The translations under genes and the position numbers were made by a program. Of a DNA stretch of 64,000 nt, positions 10,369 to 19,565 are shown piece after piece. The notes under the pieces are model-generated. The model was not told the origin of the DNA, did no database searches, and saw nothing but the letters and a program-made list of their open reading frames with translations. Each line of letters begins with the position of its first letter. The stretch's first letter is position 1. This DNA is from an uncultured Dehalococcoidia bacterium (GTDB lineage Bacteria; Chloroflexota; Dehalococcoidia; Lucifugimonadales; GCA-2712585), in the NCBI GenBank assembly GCA_958295715.1, contig OY282371.1, positions 1,406,267 to 1,470,266 of the forward strand, in the 5' to 3' direction.

Positions 10369-11235
10369 TCATGTGACGCGCCTGCGAATAATGGGGGCCA
10401 GCTTCCTCTTAAACTCCTCGGAAGCCAGGTCAAAGGGGGTGACGATGGCGGTGTCAAGGGCCGTGGCGCAGGGACAGTCCCGCTCCGTGGGCATCTTCGA
10501 TATGAGGCTGCGGAGTAGGTTGATGGAGGTGGCCGCGTTCTTCTGAAGGTTGGCTATCACCATCTCCACGGTCACGCCCTCGGTGGCCTCGCGCCAGCAG
10601 TCGTAGTCGGTGACGCAGGCAAGAATGGAGTAGCAGATCTCGGCTTCCCGCGCCAACTTGGCTTCGGGAAGGGCGGTCATGCCGATGATGTGGGCGCCCC
10701 AGAGCCGGTACAGGTTGGACTCGGCGCGGGTGGAGAAGGCGGGGCCCTCCATGGCGATGTAGGTCCCGCCCCGGTGGACGGACACCCCCTCCTCCACGGC
10801 GACTTGATGCAGCAGGCCGCTTAGAGAGGCGCAGAAGGGGTCGGAAAAGGCGACGTGGGCAACCAAGCCCTCGTCAAAGAAGGTGTGGTCCCGCTGGAAG
10901 GTGCGGTCGATTATCTGGTCGGGAACCACCATGTCGAGGGGCCGCATCTCCTCCTGGAGGCTGCCCACGGCGCTGACGGACACGATGCGCTCCACGCCAA
11001 GGGTCTTGAGGGCGTACACGTTGGCCTTCACCGGCAGCCTCGTCGGGGATATGCGGTGGCCGCGTCCGTGCCTGGGGAGGAACGCCACGGCGGTGTCTCC
11101 CACGGAGCCGACGGTTATCTTGTCGCTGGGACTGCCGTAGGGGGTGGATATATCCAACTCCCGGGCGCCGGTTAGCCCCTCCATGCTGTAGAGACCGCTG
11201 CCGCCTATAATGGCCAACTTAGCCTGGGTCATCAA
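10369..11235 (-). CDS. mtnP: S-methyl-5'-thioadenosine phosphorylase
   Basis: 288 aa. LAIIGGSGLY start, PRHGRGH, MTALPEAKLAREAE. Confidence 0.9.
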   Translation of the reverse strand: MMTQAKLAIIGGSGLYSMEGLTGARELDISTPYGSPSDKITVGSVGDTAVAFLPRHGRGHRISPTRLPVKANVYALKTLGVERIVSVSAVGSLQEEMRPLDMVVPDQIIDRTFQRDHTFFDEGLVAHVAFSDPFCASLSGLLHQVAVEEGVSVHRGGTYIAMEGPAFSTRAESNLYRLWGAHIIGMTALPEAKLAREAEICYSILACVTDYDCWREATEGVTVEMVIANLQKNAATSINLLRSLISKMPTERDCPCATALDTAIVTPFDLASEEFKRKLAPIIRRRVT

Positions 11236-11248
11236 ATACCGCTCCCGG

Positions 11249-12283
11249 TCATGGCCGCGACGGGGCCAGGTTGGTTGTGTAGGGACTGCGGACGACGCCT
11301 TCCTCGGTGATTATGGCGTCAATATACCGGTGGGGCGTCACGTCGAAGGCCGGGTTGCGAATCCCTATGCCGTCGGCGGCGGTCTTCACGCCTTCCAACC
11401 GGGACACCTCCAAGGGATCCCGTTCCTCAATGGGTATCTCGTCTCCGGAGGCGATGGAGAAGTCAATAGTGCTGGTCGGCGCCGCCACGTAGAAGGGCGC
11501 GCCGTTCTCCTTGGCGAGCACGGCCAGGGCGTAGGTGCCAATTTTGTTGGCCGTGTCCCCGTTGGCCGCGATGCGGTCGGCGCCGACTATGACGCAGCGG
11601 ACGGCCCCCTCTCGCATGAGGAGCCCGGCGGCGGAGTCCACCACCATGGTGGCGGGGATGCCCAGCCTCAGCATCTCCCAGGCGGTGAGCCGCGCGCCCT
11701 GAAGGAAGGGCCTGGTCTCGGTGTGAAAGACCTCAAAGCGGGCGCCCTCCTCCCAAGCGGCGCGTATCACGCCGAGGGCGGTTCCGTAGCCCGCCGTGGC
11801 CAGGGCGCCGGTGTTGCAGTGGGTGAGAACGGCCCCCTGGCTCCTGAGCAGCGCGGCCCCGTGACGTCCTATGCGCCTGTTCACCTCAACGTCCTGCTTC
11901 TGTATGGCCTTCGCCTCGGCCAGCAGGCGTTGGGCCGCATCCGCAGGGCCGGGCGTGGCTTCGGCCAAGGCCAAGAGTCGCTCAACGGCCCAGGCGAGGT
12001 TGACCGCGGTGGGCCGGGCCGCCCTAATCTCCTTGGCCGCCTCTCTGAGGAGGGGCAGGAACCGGGACGCGTCCTCACTCGCCACCTGCCGCGCGGCCAT
12101 GGCCATGGCGTAGGCGGCGGCGACGCCGATGGCCGGCGCCCCCCTGACCCGCATCTCCCGGATGGCGTCGACGACCTGCCGGTAGTCGGAAAGCTCCAGG
12201 GTCACCTCGTGGTGAGGCAACCTGGTCTGGTCCAACAGGGCCAGATTACCGGACACCCAGGCTATGGGTTGTATTTCATCCAA
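11249..12283 (-). CDS. mtnA: S-methyl-5-thioribose-1-phosphate isomerase
   Basis: 344 aa eIF-2B alpha/beta/delta family. LLDQTRLP, THCNTGALAT, GADRIAANGDTANKIGTY. Confidence 0.9.
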   Translation of the reverse strand: MDEIQPIAWVSGNLALLDQTRLPHHEVTLELSDYRQVVDAIREMRVRGAPAIGVAAAYAMAMAARQVASEDASRFLPLLREAAKEIRAARPTAVNLAWAVERLLALAEATPGPADAAQRLLAEAKAIQKQDVEVNRRIGRHGAALLRSQGAVLTHCNTGALATAGYGTALGVIRAAWEEGARFEVFHTETRPFLQGARLTAWEMLRLGIPATMVVDSAAGLLMREGAVRCVIVGADRIAANGDTANKIGTYALAVLAKENGAPFYVAAPTSTIDFSIASGDEIPIEERDPLEVSRLEGVKTAADGIGIRNPAFDVTPHRYIDAIITEEGVVRSPYTTNLAPSRP

Positions 12284-12399
12284 AGGCGCTTACCTGCACA
12301 GTGAATCTATGAGCGTGAACGGACGAATACATTTTATCTGTCCCACAGGCTTAAGGCAAGGCGAGGGGATGATAGCCGGGGCCTTTTTGCCTCCGGGGG

Positions 12400-12775
12400 G
12401 GCTCCCCTCTCGTCATTCCCGCGCAGGCGGGAATCCATCCCATCCCCTCTTTTACCTCAAGGCAATCGCACACCGGCGCAAAGAGCCAGTAAGAGCTAGT
12501 CTTGTTACGGACAAACCGGCTTAAGGTCTCCATCCCTCGTTAGGGGAGAGACGGGGGCGGGGGTCGCGGCGCAACGGGTGGCGGGTTGCCCAAGCACAAC
12601 GGAGTGGGGGGAGGGGATGGATTCCCGCCTTCGCGGGAATGACGGGAGGGGCGGCGGCGGGTATGACGGCGGCGGGCGGGCCGGAATCGGGAAGACCCCA
12701 ATCCAAAACCAACGCTCCGCAAAACAAAAATGGGCACACGTGCCCTTCCCGCCTGCGCGGGAATGACGGCGGGTA
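12400..12775. repeat. REP/NIME-like repeat cluster
   Basis: Fwd unit at 12412-12436 and rev unit at 12619-12643. Composite rev unit at 12697-12769 = hairpin module (GGGCACacGTGCCC at 12732-12745) fused to a REP. Confidence 0.85.
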
Positions 12776-12823
12776 GGCGGGCGTGACGAAGGGGACCGGG
12801 GCGGTGGCTTTGGCGGGCGGCTG

Positions 12824-12832
12824 TGCTAGAAT
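12824..12832 (+). promoter_or_regulatory. extended -10 box TGcTAGAAT
   Basis: TG at 12824-12825 and TAGAAT at 12827-12832. ATG codons at 12833 and 12839. The second is 6 nt after the box, suggesting a leaderless start. Confidence 0.35.
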
Positions 12833-13264
12833 ATGGTTATGGACGACACGGCTATTCTGCACAGCGAGCGCCATCGCACCAACTTCCTCACCAACCTGCT
12901 TGGGTACATGGGCTGGTTCATGGTGATTATCGCGATTCCCATAGGGGCCACCGGTACGGGCAGGTGGATAGACGTTCCCATTCTGTTGGCCTTCGGCTTC
13001 GCCCTGGCAGGCTCCCACTGGTTCCTCGCACCCAAGCGGTACAACGTCTTTGATAAGGAACTGGTGATAGCCTACGGGCGGCCGCGCCAGAAGGTGATAG
13101 CCTTTGACGACATTGAGGAGTTGGAGGTTAGAAGGCACGCCCTTGGCGCCGAGATACGGGTCCACCGCCGGGCGGCCAAGAGCTTCTCCCTCCAGCCCTG
13201 GAACCCGCGGCGGTTCCACGAGAGTTTGCAGGACGCCCTGAACCGGCACAGGGGCGCCGGGTAG
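12833..13264 (+). CDS. small membrane protein with bacterial PH-like (bPH/DUF304-type) C-terminal domain
   Basis: 143 aa. Two hydrophobic helices (GWFMVIIAIPIGATG, VPILLAFGFALAGSHWF), then a beta-rich segment. The real start may be ATG 12839. Confidence 0.5.
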   Translation: MVMDDTAILHSERHRTNFLTNLLGYMGWFMVIIAIPIGATGTGRWIDVPILLAFGFALAGSHWFLAPKRYNVFDKELVIAYGRPRQKVIAFDDIEELEVRRHALGAEIRVHRRAAKSFSLQPWNPRRFHESLQDALNRHRGAG

Positions 13265-13304
13265 CGGGAAGTTCTCCATCTCCCCCCAAAGGCGACACGG
13301 GAGT

Positions 13305-15530
13305 CTAGGGCGTTCCCCCGGTCAGGGCCTCCTCAAAGCCGCCGCGCCAGGCGTCATCAAGGCGGGAGAGAGGCAGGTTGATGAAGCCGCCGGCGCGGAA
13401 CTCCTCCCCTTCCACCCTTCCCAGGACGGTCAACGGCGCCCCGACCTCTTGGGCCATGGACTGTAGGCGGGGCAGGCGGCGGGGCGGCAGGGACGCGATG
13501 ACGCGGGACTGGGCCTCTCCGAAGAGGGCGGCGTCCCACCGGCCATTGTGATTGAAGTCGCCGTTGAAGCCCAGGCCGCCAAGGATGGCAGCCTCGGCGA
13601 GGGCCACTGCCAGGCCGCCGTCGGAGCAGTCGTGGGCGGAGGATATCAGGTCGTGGGCGATGGCGCGGCGGCACAGGGCCTGGACCCGGACTTCCATATC
13701 CAGGTCGATGGCCGGCCTCCCCGCCAAGAGGTCGTGGCACACCTCCAGATACTCGCTGCCGGCCATGCTTCCGGGGTTCCCCTCCACCGCCGAGGCCCCG
13801 ATGAGCACGACCAGGTCTCCCTCATTTCTGAAGCCCGCCGGCGAGCGCTTGCTAACGTCTTCGGTCAGGCCCAAGGCGCCGATGACGGGGGTGGGGAGGA
13901 TGGCGCGGCCCCCGGTCTCGTTGTAGAGGCTGACGTTGCCGCTCACCACCGGGACCTTCAGGGCGCGGCTGGCCCTGGCGATGCCCCGGACGCACCGCTC
14001 CAACTGGTGGTAGACTTCGGGGCGCTCCGGGCTGCCGAAGTTCAGGCAGTCGGTGAGGGCGATGGGCATGGCGCCAACGCAGGAAAGGTTGCGGCAGGCC
14101 TCGGCGACGGCGATTATCCCGCCCACGTAGGGGTCAAGATAGCAGAGCCGGCCGTTGCCGTCGGTGGACAGGGCTATGCCTTTGCTCGTGCCCTTTATCC
14201 GCAGCAGGGCGGCGTCGGCGGCCCCGGGGGGCAGGACGGTGTTGGTCTGCACCTGGCTATCGTATTGACGGTGGACCCACTCTTTGGAGGCGACGTTGGG
14301 GGACTTGAGGAGGCGCAGCAGCACGCCGGCGGGGGAGTCGCCGGGCAAGGGCAGGCGCGACAGGGGGAACCGGCGGGCCTTGCGGACATCCCTCGACATG
14401 GAGCCTTTGAGCCGGTAGAGGGTGGGTGACGCGAGGGCCTCGACGGGCAGGTCGGCCACGGGTTCCCGGCCGTTGAAGACCCGCGCCCTGCCGCCGCCTT
14501 CAACGCGTCCAAGCTCCGAGCAGGGGAGGTCCCACTTCTCCATGACGGCGGCGATGCGGTCCCTGGCCTCCGGCCTAACAATCAGGAGCATCCGCTCCTG
14601 GGACTCGGAGAGCATCACCTCGTAGGGGTCCATGGAGTCTTCCCGGCGCGGGACCTTGGAAAGGTCGATGCGGAAGCCGCCGTCGCCCCGGTGGGCGGCC
14701 TCGACGGTGGAGCTGGTCAGTCCCGCCGCGCCCAGGTCCTGAATGCCCACCAAGCCCCCGTCGCGGGCGGCCTCCAGACACGCCTCGATGAGCATCTTCT
14801 CCATGAACGGGTTTCCAACCTGCACCGTGGGCCGCATCTCCGCGCCTGACTCAAAGGCGCGGGAGGCGAGGGTGGAAGCGCCGTGTATCCCGTCGCGGCC
14901 CGTGTCGGAGCCGACGAGGAGCAGCAGATTGCCCTCGGAACCAACGGATGAGGAGGCCAGCTTTTCCTTCTCAACAAGTCCGACGCAGAGGGCGTTGACC
15001 AAGGGGTTTCCCGAGTAGGAGCCGGAGAAGGCTATCTCCCCGCCCACGTCGGGGACGCCGATGCAGTTGCCGTACCAGGATATCCCGCTCACCACGCCGT
15101 TGAGCAGGTGGCGGTTGCGCGGGTTGTCCAAGGGGCCAAAGCGCAGGGAGTTGAGCAGGGCGATGGGCCGGGCGCCCATGGCCAGGATGTCGCGGACGAT
15201 GCCTCCGACGCCGGTGGCGGCCCCGTGAAAGGGTTCAATGGCGGAGGGGTGGTTGTGGGACTCTATCTTGAAGACCACGGCCAGGCCGTCGCCAATGTCC
15301 ACGGCGCCGGCGTTTTCCTGACCCATCCGGAGCAGGGTTCTTGGGCTTTGAGAGGGAAGCAGGCGCAGCAGGGGCTTGGAATGCTTGTAGCCGCAGTGTT
15401 CGCTCCACAGGGCGCTGAACATGCCTAGCTCCACGGGGTTGGGTTCCCGGTCGAGGATGTCGAGAATGCGGTCGTACTCCTCGGGGGTCAGGGCCATCTC
15501 GGCCAGGGCCTCTTTGGATGGACGCGTCAT
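13305..15530 (-). CDS. purL: phosphoribosylformylglycinamidine synthase subunit PurL
   Basis: 741 aa. Typical PurL (SEHCGYKHSK, ESHNHPSAIEP, two AIR-synthase-like repeats). Confidence 0.95.
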   Translation of the reverse strand: MTRPSKEALAEMALTPEEYDRILDILDREPNPVELGMFSALWSEHCGYKHSKPLLRLLPSQSPRTLLRMGQENAGAVDIGDGLAVVFKIESHNHPSAIEPFHGAATGVGGIVRDILAMGARPIALLNSLRFGPLDNPRNRHLLNGVVSGISWYGNCIGVPDVGGEIAFSGSYSGNPLVNALCVGLVEKEKLASSSVGSEGNLLLLVGSDTGRDGIHGASTLASRAFESGAEMRPTVQVGNPFMEKMLIEACLEAARDGGLVGIQDLGAAGLTSSTVEAAHRGDGGFRIDLSKVPRREDSMDPYEVMLSESQERMLLIVRPEARDRIAAVMEKWDLPCSELGRVEGGGRARVFNGREPVADLPVEALASPTLYRLKGSMSRDVRKARRFPLSRLPLPGDSPAGVLLRLLKSPNVASKEWVHRQYDSQVQTNTVLPPGAADAALLRIKGTSKGIALSTDGNGRLCYLDPYVGGIIAVAEACRNLSCVGAMPIALTDCLNFGSPERPEVYHQLERCVRGIARASRALKVPVVSGNVSLYNETGGRAILPTPVIGALGLTEDVSKRSPAGFRNEGDLVVLIGASAVEGNPGSMAGSEYLEVCHDLLAGRPAIDLDMEVRVQALCRRAIAHDLISSAHDCSDGGLAVALAEAAILGGLGFNGDFNHNGRWDAALFGEAQSRVIASLPPRRLPRLQSMAQEVGAPLTVLGRVEGEEFRAGGFINLPLSRLDDAWRGGFEEALTGGTP

Positions 15531-15997
15531 AGCTGGGACCCGCCGAGTATGACCAGGACAACTCCAACAACGGCAAAGGTCGTTCCAAGGAGGACGCGGG
15601 GTGTGACGAGCTCAAGCCGCCTAAGAAAGAGGTGGGCCAGGACCAGGGTGAACAGGGGGTTGAGGGACATTATGGGCGTGACGACGGACACCGGCGCGCG
15701 GCTGACGGCGAATATCAGGAGGGTGACGGCCGTGGCCGAGGATACGCCGGCGGCCATCATGAAGCCGAAGTGACGCTTGGGCGCGGCGACGGTGAAGTCT
15801 ATGCTGCGGTGGAAGATGAGGTAGACGATGGCGGCCCCGAAGAGGAGGGAGAAGGCGGTGAAGACTATGGCGGAGATGTCGCTCTGCTCCAAGGCCGTCT
15901 TGGCTATCACCGTGCTGCCGCCGTAGAAGGCGGAGGCGGTGAGGGCGAAGCCGTATCCCATAAAAAGACGCCGCCGGTCGGAGAGTTTAGGACGCAT
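15527..15997 (-). CDS. EamA-domain (DMT) half-transporter, second ORF
   Basis: Start taken at ATG 15997 ([10 protein letters not shown]). About 5 hydrophobic segments. Overlaps the preceding EamA ORF by 11 nt in another frame and overlaps purL by ATGA. Confidence 0.6.
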   Translation of the reverse strand: MRPKLSDRRRLFMGYGFALTASAFYGGSTVIAKTALEQSDISAIVFTAFSLLFGAAIVYLIFHRSIDFTVAAPKRHFGFMMAAGVSSATAVTLLIFAVSRAPVSVVTPIMSLNPLFTLVLAHLFLRRLELVTPRVLLGTTFAVVGVVLVILGGSQL

Positions 15998-16463
15998 TGG
16001 AGCGCCTTTCGCTGAGGATAAGGCCCATGCCCAGGACGGTGACGAGGATGCCAAGGCCGATGAGCAGATTGGGCCTCTCTCCAAGGGCTATCATGGCTAT
16101 CACGGTGGCGAACACGGGGCTTACGGCCAGCATGGGCGTTGAGCGCGAGGCGCCGGCCAGCTGTATGGCGGTGTAGCTCAGGAGCCGCGCCAGGGGGAAG
16201 GTGACGATGGCGAAGATGAGGCACCACAGGAAGGCTATAGGGGTGAGGGAACGCACGTTGGCCGTTTGGGTGGTGAAGACCAGAACCAGGACCACCAGCG
16301 CGCCCGTGCACAGGGACACGAACACGCCCGTGGTCGGTGATATGCGTTGGAGTCCCAGCCGGGTGAAGATGGCCGAGGCGGCGAACCCGAAGGTGGCCAC
16401 GAAGGCGACGAGCACGGCCAGTATCACGTTACTCGCCCGCCAAGGCTTGAATGATGGACTCAA
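15987..16463 (-). CDS. EamA-domain (DMT) half-transporter, first ORF
   Basis: 158 aa, about 5 hydrophobic segments. An alternative GTG start at 16427 lies just after the purQ stop. Confidence 0.6.
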   Translation of the reverse strand: MSPSFKPWRASNVILAVLVAFVATFGFAASAIFTRLGLQRISPTTGVFVSLCTGALVVLVLVFTTQTANVRSLTPIAFLWCLIFAIVTFPLARLLSYTAIQLAGASRSTPMLAVSPVFATVIAMIALGERPNLLIGLGILVTVLGMGLILSERRSNAS

Positions 16464-17124
16464 AGAGGTATCGCCCGTCGACGCCGCCCATAATCCCCTC
16501 GCAGCACCGTTCGGGGTGGGGCATCATGCCCATGACGTTGCCCCTTGCGTTGGTTATGCCCGCAATGTTCCGCAGAGAGCCGTTGGGGTTGGCCTCGGGC
16601 GTGACCTCTCCTTGGGGGGCGCAGTAGCGAAAGAGGACCTGGCCGTTGGCCTCCAAGCGGTCCGCCGAGGCGTCGTCCAGGTAGTAGTTGCCCTCGCCGT
16701 GGGAAACGGGAACGCGCAGGACCTGGCCCGGCCTACAGGCGCGGGTGAAGGGGCTGTTGGACGCCTCCACCCTGAGATGTGTCCACTGGCAGCGGAACTG
16801 TAGGTGCACGTTGCGCATGAGGGCGCCGGGCAGCAGGCCGGCCTCGCAGAGGGCTTGGAAGCCGTTGCAGATGCCCATGACGAGGCCGCCGCCGGATGCG
16901 AAACGCTCCACGGCGGCCATGATGGGGGAGAAGCGGGCGATGGCCCCGGCGCGCAGGTAGTCGCCGTAGGAGAAGCCGCCCGGGAGGACTACGCAGTCTA
17001 GGGCGGGGAGTTCGCGGTCCTTGTGCCAGAGGTACTGCACCTGCTGGCCTAAGACGTTCTTCAGGGCATGGAAGCAGTCGCCATCGCTCCAAGAGCCGGG
17101 AAAGATGACGACGCCAAACCGCAT
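16429..17124 (-). CDS. purQ: phosphoribosylformylglycinamidine synthase glutaminase subunit PurQ
   Basis: Start set at [11 protein letters not shown] by homology. Catalytic GICNGFQ Cys and HPE triad (MMPHPER). The upstream 72 nt of the track ORF are rejected. Confidence 0.9.
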   Translation of the reverse strand: MRFGVVIFPGSWSDGDCFHALKNVLGQQVQYLWHKDRELPALDCVVLPGGFSYGDYLRAGAIARFSPIMAAVERFASGGGLVMGICNGFQALCEAGLLPGALMRNVHLQFRCQWTHLRVEASNSPFTRACRPGQVLRVPVSHGEGNYYLDDASADRLEANGQVLFRYCAPQGEVTPEANPNGSLRNIAGITNARGNVMGMMPHPERCCEGIMGGVDGRYLFESIIQALAGE

Positions 17125-17201
17125 ACGCGGGCGCAGAGGGGAAATGGACGCCGCCGCGTCCAACGCCGGGGCGTCTATTCTCGTGGGGGGAGGCACGGCG
17201 G

Positions 17202-17657
17202 CTAGGGGGCCGACCCGCTAAGCAGGCCGGTGACCACGCGGTTCACGGCGGAGCCTTCGGCCTTCCCCCGCGTCCGGGGCATGAGCAGTTTCATAACCCT
17301 CCCCTTGTCGCCGGGGCCAACGGCCCCGGCCTCGGCGATGGCCGCCTTGGCCAAGTCTTCCAACTCCTGGGGTGAGAGTTGGGCCGGGAGGTACTCCTGC
17401 AAAACGGCCAACTCCGCGGTCTCCTTTTCCACCAGGTCCTGGCGGCCTCCCTGACGGAACATCTCGATGCTCTCGCGGCGTTGGCGCGCCTGGCGGGAGA
17501 TGATGTCCACGATGGCGGGATCTTTCACCTCGCCCTTCTTCTCTATCTCCTCGTAGCCGATGCTGCTTTTGAGCATTCGCAGGACGGATACCCGGGTCTT
17601 GTCCCTGGCGCGCATGGCCTGGTGGAGGTCCGCTTGAAGCCTGTCTTTAAGGGTCAT
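17202..17657 (-). CDS. GatB/YqeY domain-containing protein
   Basis: 151 aa. [28 protein letters not shown], the YqeY pattern. Confidence 0.8.
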   Translation of the reverse strand: MTLKDRLQADLHQAMRARDKTRVSVLRMLKSSIGYEEIEKKGEVKDPAIVDIISRQARQRRESIEMFRQGGRQDLVEKETAELAVLQEYLPAQLSPQELEDLAKAAIAEAGAVGPGDKGRVMKLLMPRTRGKAEGSAVNRVVTGLLSGSAP

Positions 17658-18196
17658 AGCTGAGACTCCTCCTCGAGGTTCTTAATCCGGGACCGCAGGT
17701 CGCGGACATCTGGGTCAAGAGAACCCTCATTCTTAATCCGGGACAGCAGGTTGGCCATCTCCACGGCGACCAGGGCGGCGTCGCGGCCCTTGTTGCCCAT
17801 CCTTCCCCCCGCCCTGTCCATGGCCTGCTCCTCGTTCTCGGTGGTGATGACGCCCATTCCGATGGGAACACCGGTGTCGAGGGCGACCCTGGCGAGGGCG
17901 GCGGTTCCCTGGGTCACGACCACGTCGTAGTGGCCCGTCTCGCCCCTGATGACACAGCCCAGGCAGACCAGGGCGGAGTAGGCCCCGGACCGGGCCAGGG
18001 CTTGAGCGACGACGCCAAGCTCCAAGGCGCCGGGGACCCGCGCCACCGTGACGTCCTCGTCTTCAACCCCGCAGGAGCGGAGGCCGTCGAGGGCGCCCTC
18101 AAGCAGCTTTGAGGTGATGTCGTCGTTGAACCGTGAGACCACGATGGCGATTCTGAGGCCCCGTCCCTGGGCGTTCACCTCCAACTCGCGGGGCAT
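17654..18196 (-). CDS. ribH: 6,7-dimethyl-8-ribityllumazine synthase
   Basis: 180 aa. IAIVVSRFNDDIT, VPGALEL, GCVIRGETGHYD. About 25 extra C-terminal residues relative to typical RibH. Confidence 0.9.
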   Translation of the reverse strand: MPRELEVNAQGRGLRIAIVVSRFNDDITSKLLEGALDGLRSCGVEDEDVTVARVPGALELGVVAQALARSGAYSALVCLGCVIRGETGHYDVVVTQGTAALARVALDTGVPIGMGVITTENEEQAMDRAGGRMGNKGRDAALVAVEMANLLSRIKNEGSLDPDVRDLRSRIKNLEEESQL

Positions 18197-18201
18197 AGGG
18201 G

Positions 18202-18900
18202 CTAGGCTCCCTTTGGGGCGGGCTGGGGTCGCACGTATCCCACCTGCATCACCTTTTCCAGCAGTTGGGCCTCCAATGGCGGGCCGGCGAGTTGCAGCGT
18301 CTCGTTTATCACCGTTTTGGGCACGGATGAGACGTTGTGGAGACGGGTCAGGTTGGGAAACTCCCGCGCCTCCACCACGTCGGCGGTTATCATGCCGCTC
18401 TCCAGGGCCACGGCGTAGGCCAGCGCGGCCGCAGAGGGGCAGGCCGGCGACGTGGCGGTCACGAACACCTGGATATGAACGGGTCGGTTGACCTTGCGAA
18501 GCTCCCGGCGGGTGGGCAGGGCCAAGGGGCTCACCCCGCGCGACATGGCGATGAGGGTCTGGACCAGGGCGGCTATCTGGTAGCCCGCCGGGAGGCCGTA
18601 GAACTTGAGCCGGGAGCCGGTGTCGCAGTCCATGACTATGGCCGGTATCCGCTCCACGCTGCGGCTTTCCCCCTGGGCGGCGGGAGAGAAGAAGTCGTAG
18701 GTCTCCAGGCGCAGCTTGGGGGAGAGGGCGGCCAAGTCCTGAAGGAGGCCCTGGGTCTGGGGGCAGGTGGGGCAGTCCCTCCCCGGCAGGGTCAGGGGCG
18801 AGGGGGTGGTGGTGAACAGTTTGATGGTTACGTCCCTCTTCAGTTCCTTGCGGAATCTGCGCTTGAGGTCAGCTTTGTCCTGGTCTGAGACTAGGGGCAT
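18202..18900 (-). CDS. glutaredoxin/thioredoxin-like two-domain protein (PDO-like)
   Basis: 232 aa. First fold has CPTC, second fold has CPSA (second Cys lost). Layout resembles archaeal/thermophile glutaredoxin-like proteins. Confidence 0.6.
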   Translation of the reverse strand: MPLVSDQDKADLKRRFRKELKRDVTIKLFTTTPSPLTLPGRDCPTCPQTQGLLQDLAALSPKLRLETYDFFSPAAQGESRSVERIPAIVMDCDTGSRLKFYGLPAGYQIAALVQTLIAMSRGVSPLALPTRRELRKVNRPVHIQVFVTATSPACPSAAALAYAVALESGMITADVVEAREFPNLTRLHNVSSVPKTVINETLQLAGPPLEAQLLEKVMQVGYVRPQPAPKGA

Positions 18901-18926
18901 TAAACCACCAACGGATTTTTGCCCCT

Positions 18927-19565
18927 CTAGTTTACATCAAGGGATTGGGTCTTGCCAGTTCCAAGGGCGCGGCGCAGGTGGAAGAGGCGCTGGAGGAGGG
19001 TCCAGAGGGAGAAGAAGGCGATGAAGCCCAGGGCAAGGGGCACGGTGGCCTCCCCCAGCAGGAGGCCGGCCGCCAGAATCGCCACGCGTTCGGGGCGGGT
19101 CATAAGACCGCCGCGGCTGTCGATGCCCAGGGCCTCGCCCCTGGCCCTGAGGTAGCTGACGGACTGGGAGAGGACCAGGGCCAGCAGAAGAATCGTGAGG
19201 TGGACCGTGAGGTCTCGCGAGCCGGGGTCTATGCGGATGGCGTAAAGGACCAGGGCCAGGTACAGGGCCGCCTCGCCAAGGCGGTCTAGGAGTGAGTCCA
19301 GCATGGCTCCGAAGCGGGTTACGCGGTTGGACAGGCGCGCCAACGCGCCGTCAAACAGGTCCAGGGCCGACCCCGCCAGGAAGACGAGCCCCCCGATTCT
19401 GAGATGCCCCATGGCCACCAGCGCCGCGCCGGCGACGACGACGATGAAGCCTATGACGGTTACGGCGTTGGGGGATAGGCGCAGGAAGTGAAGGAACCGG
19501 GCGCCCGGCTCCTCGACGCGCTTAAGGAGCAGGTGTCTTGCGCGTTCCCGCGCTCTTTGAGCCAT
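18927..19565 (-). CDS. CDP-alcohol phosphatidyltransferase (phosphatidylinositol-phosphate synthase-like by context)
   Basis: 212 aa. Signature DLFDGALARL..(8)..G..LDSLLD. Multiple TM helices. Overlaps the GT4 gene by 44 nt. Confidence 0.8.
   Translation of the reverse strand: MAQRARERARHLLLKRVEEPGARFLHFLRLSPNAVTVIGFIVVVAGAALVAMGHLRIGGLVFLAGSALDLFDGALARLSNRVTRFGAMLDSLLDRLGEAALYLALVLYAIRIDPGSRDLTVHLTILLLALVLSQSVSYLRARGEALGIDSRGGLMTRPERVAILAAGLLLGEATVPLALGFIAFFSLWTLLQRLFHLRRALGTGKTQSLDVN

Noticed and set aside
9990-10457. N-terminal 156 codons of the 483-aa ORF 9006-10457.
   Set aside because: The region is Pro/Ser/Thr/Trp-rich nonsense overlapping the rhodanese gene (10000-10353) in another frame. 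The kinase homology begins at a GTG (9989) with a proper RBS.
12284-12411. SAM or SAH riboswitch upstream of the mtnA-to-metK string, or upstream of ahcY/metK individually.
   Set aside because: The gaps before ahcY and metK are 0-30 nt. The 128-nt region upstream of mtnA lacks the SAM-I/SAM-II/SAH consensus blocks as far as I can judge by eye. An Rfam scan would settle this.
17125-17201. purS, expected next to purQ/purL.
   Set aside because: There are only 77 nt between yqeY and purQ and no about-80-codon ORF. purS must be elsewhere or absent.
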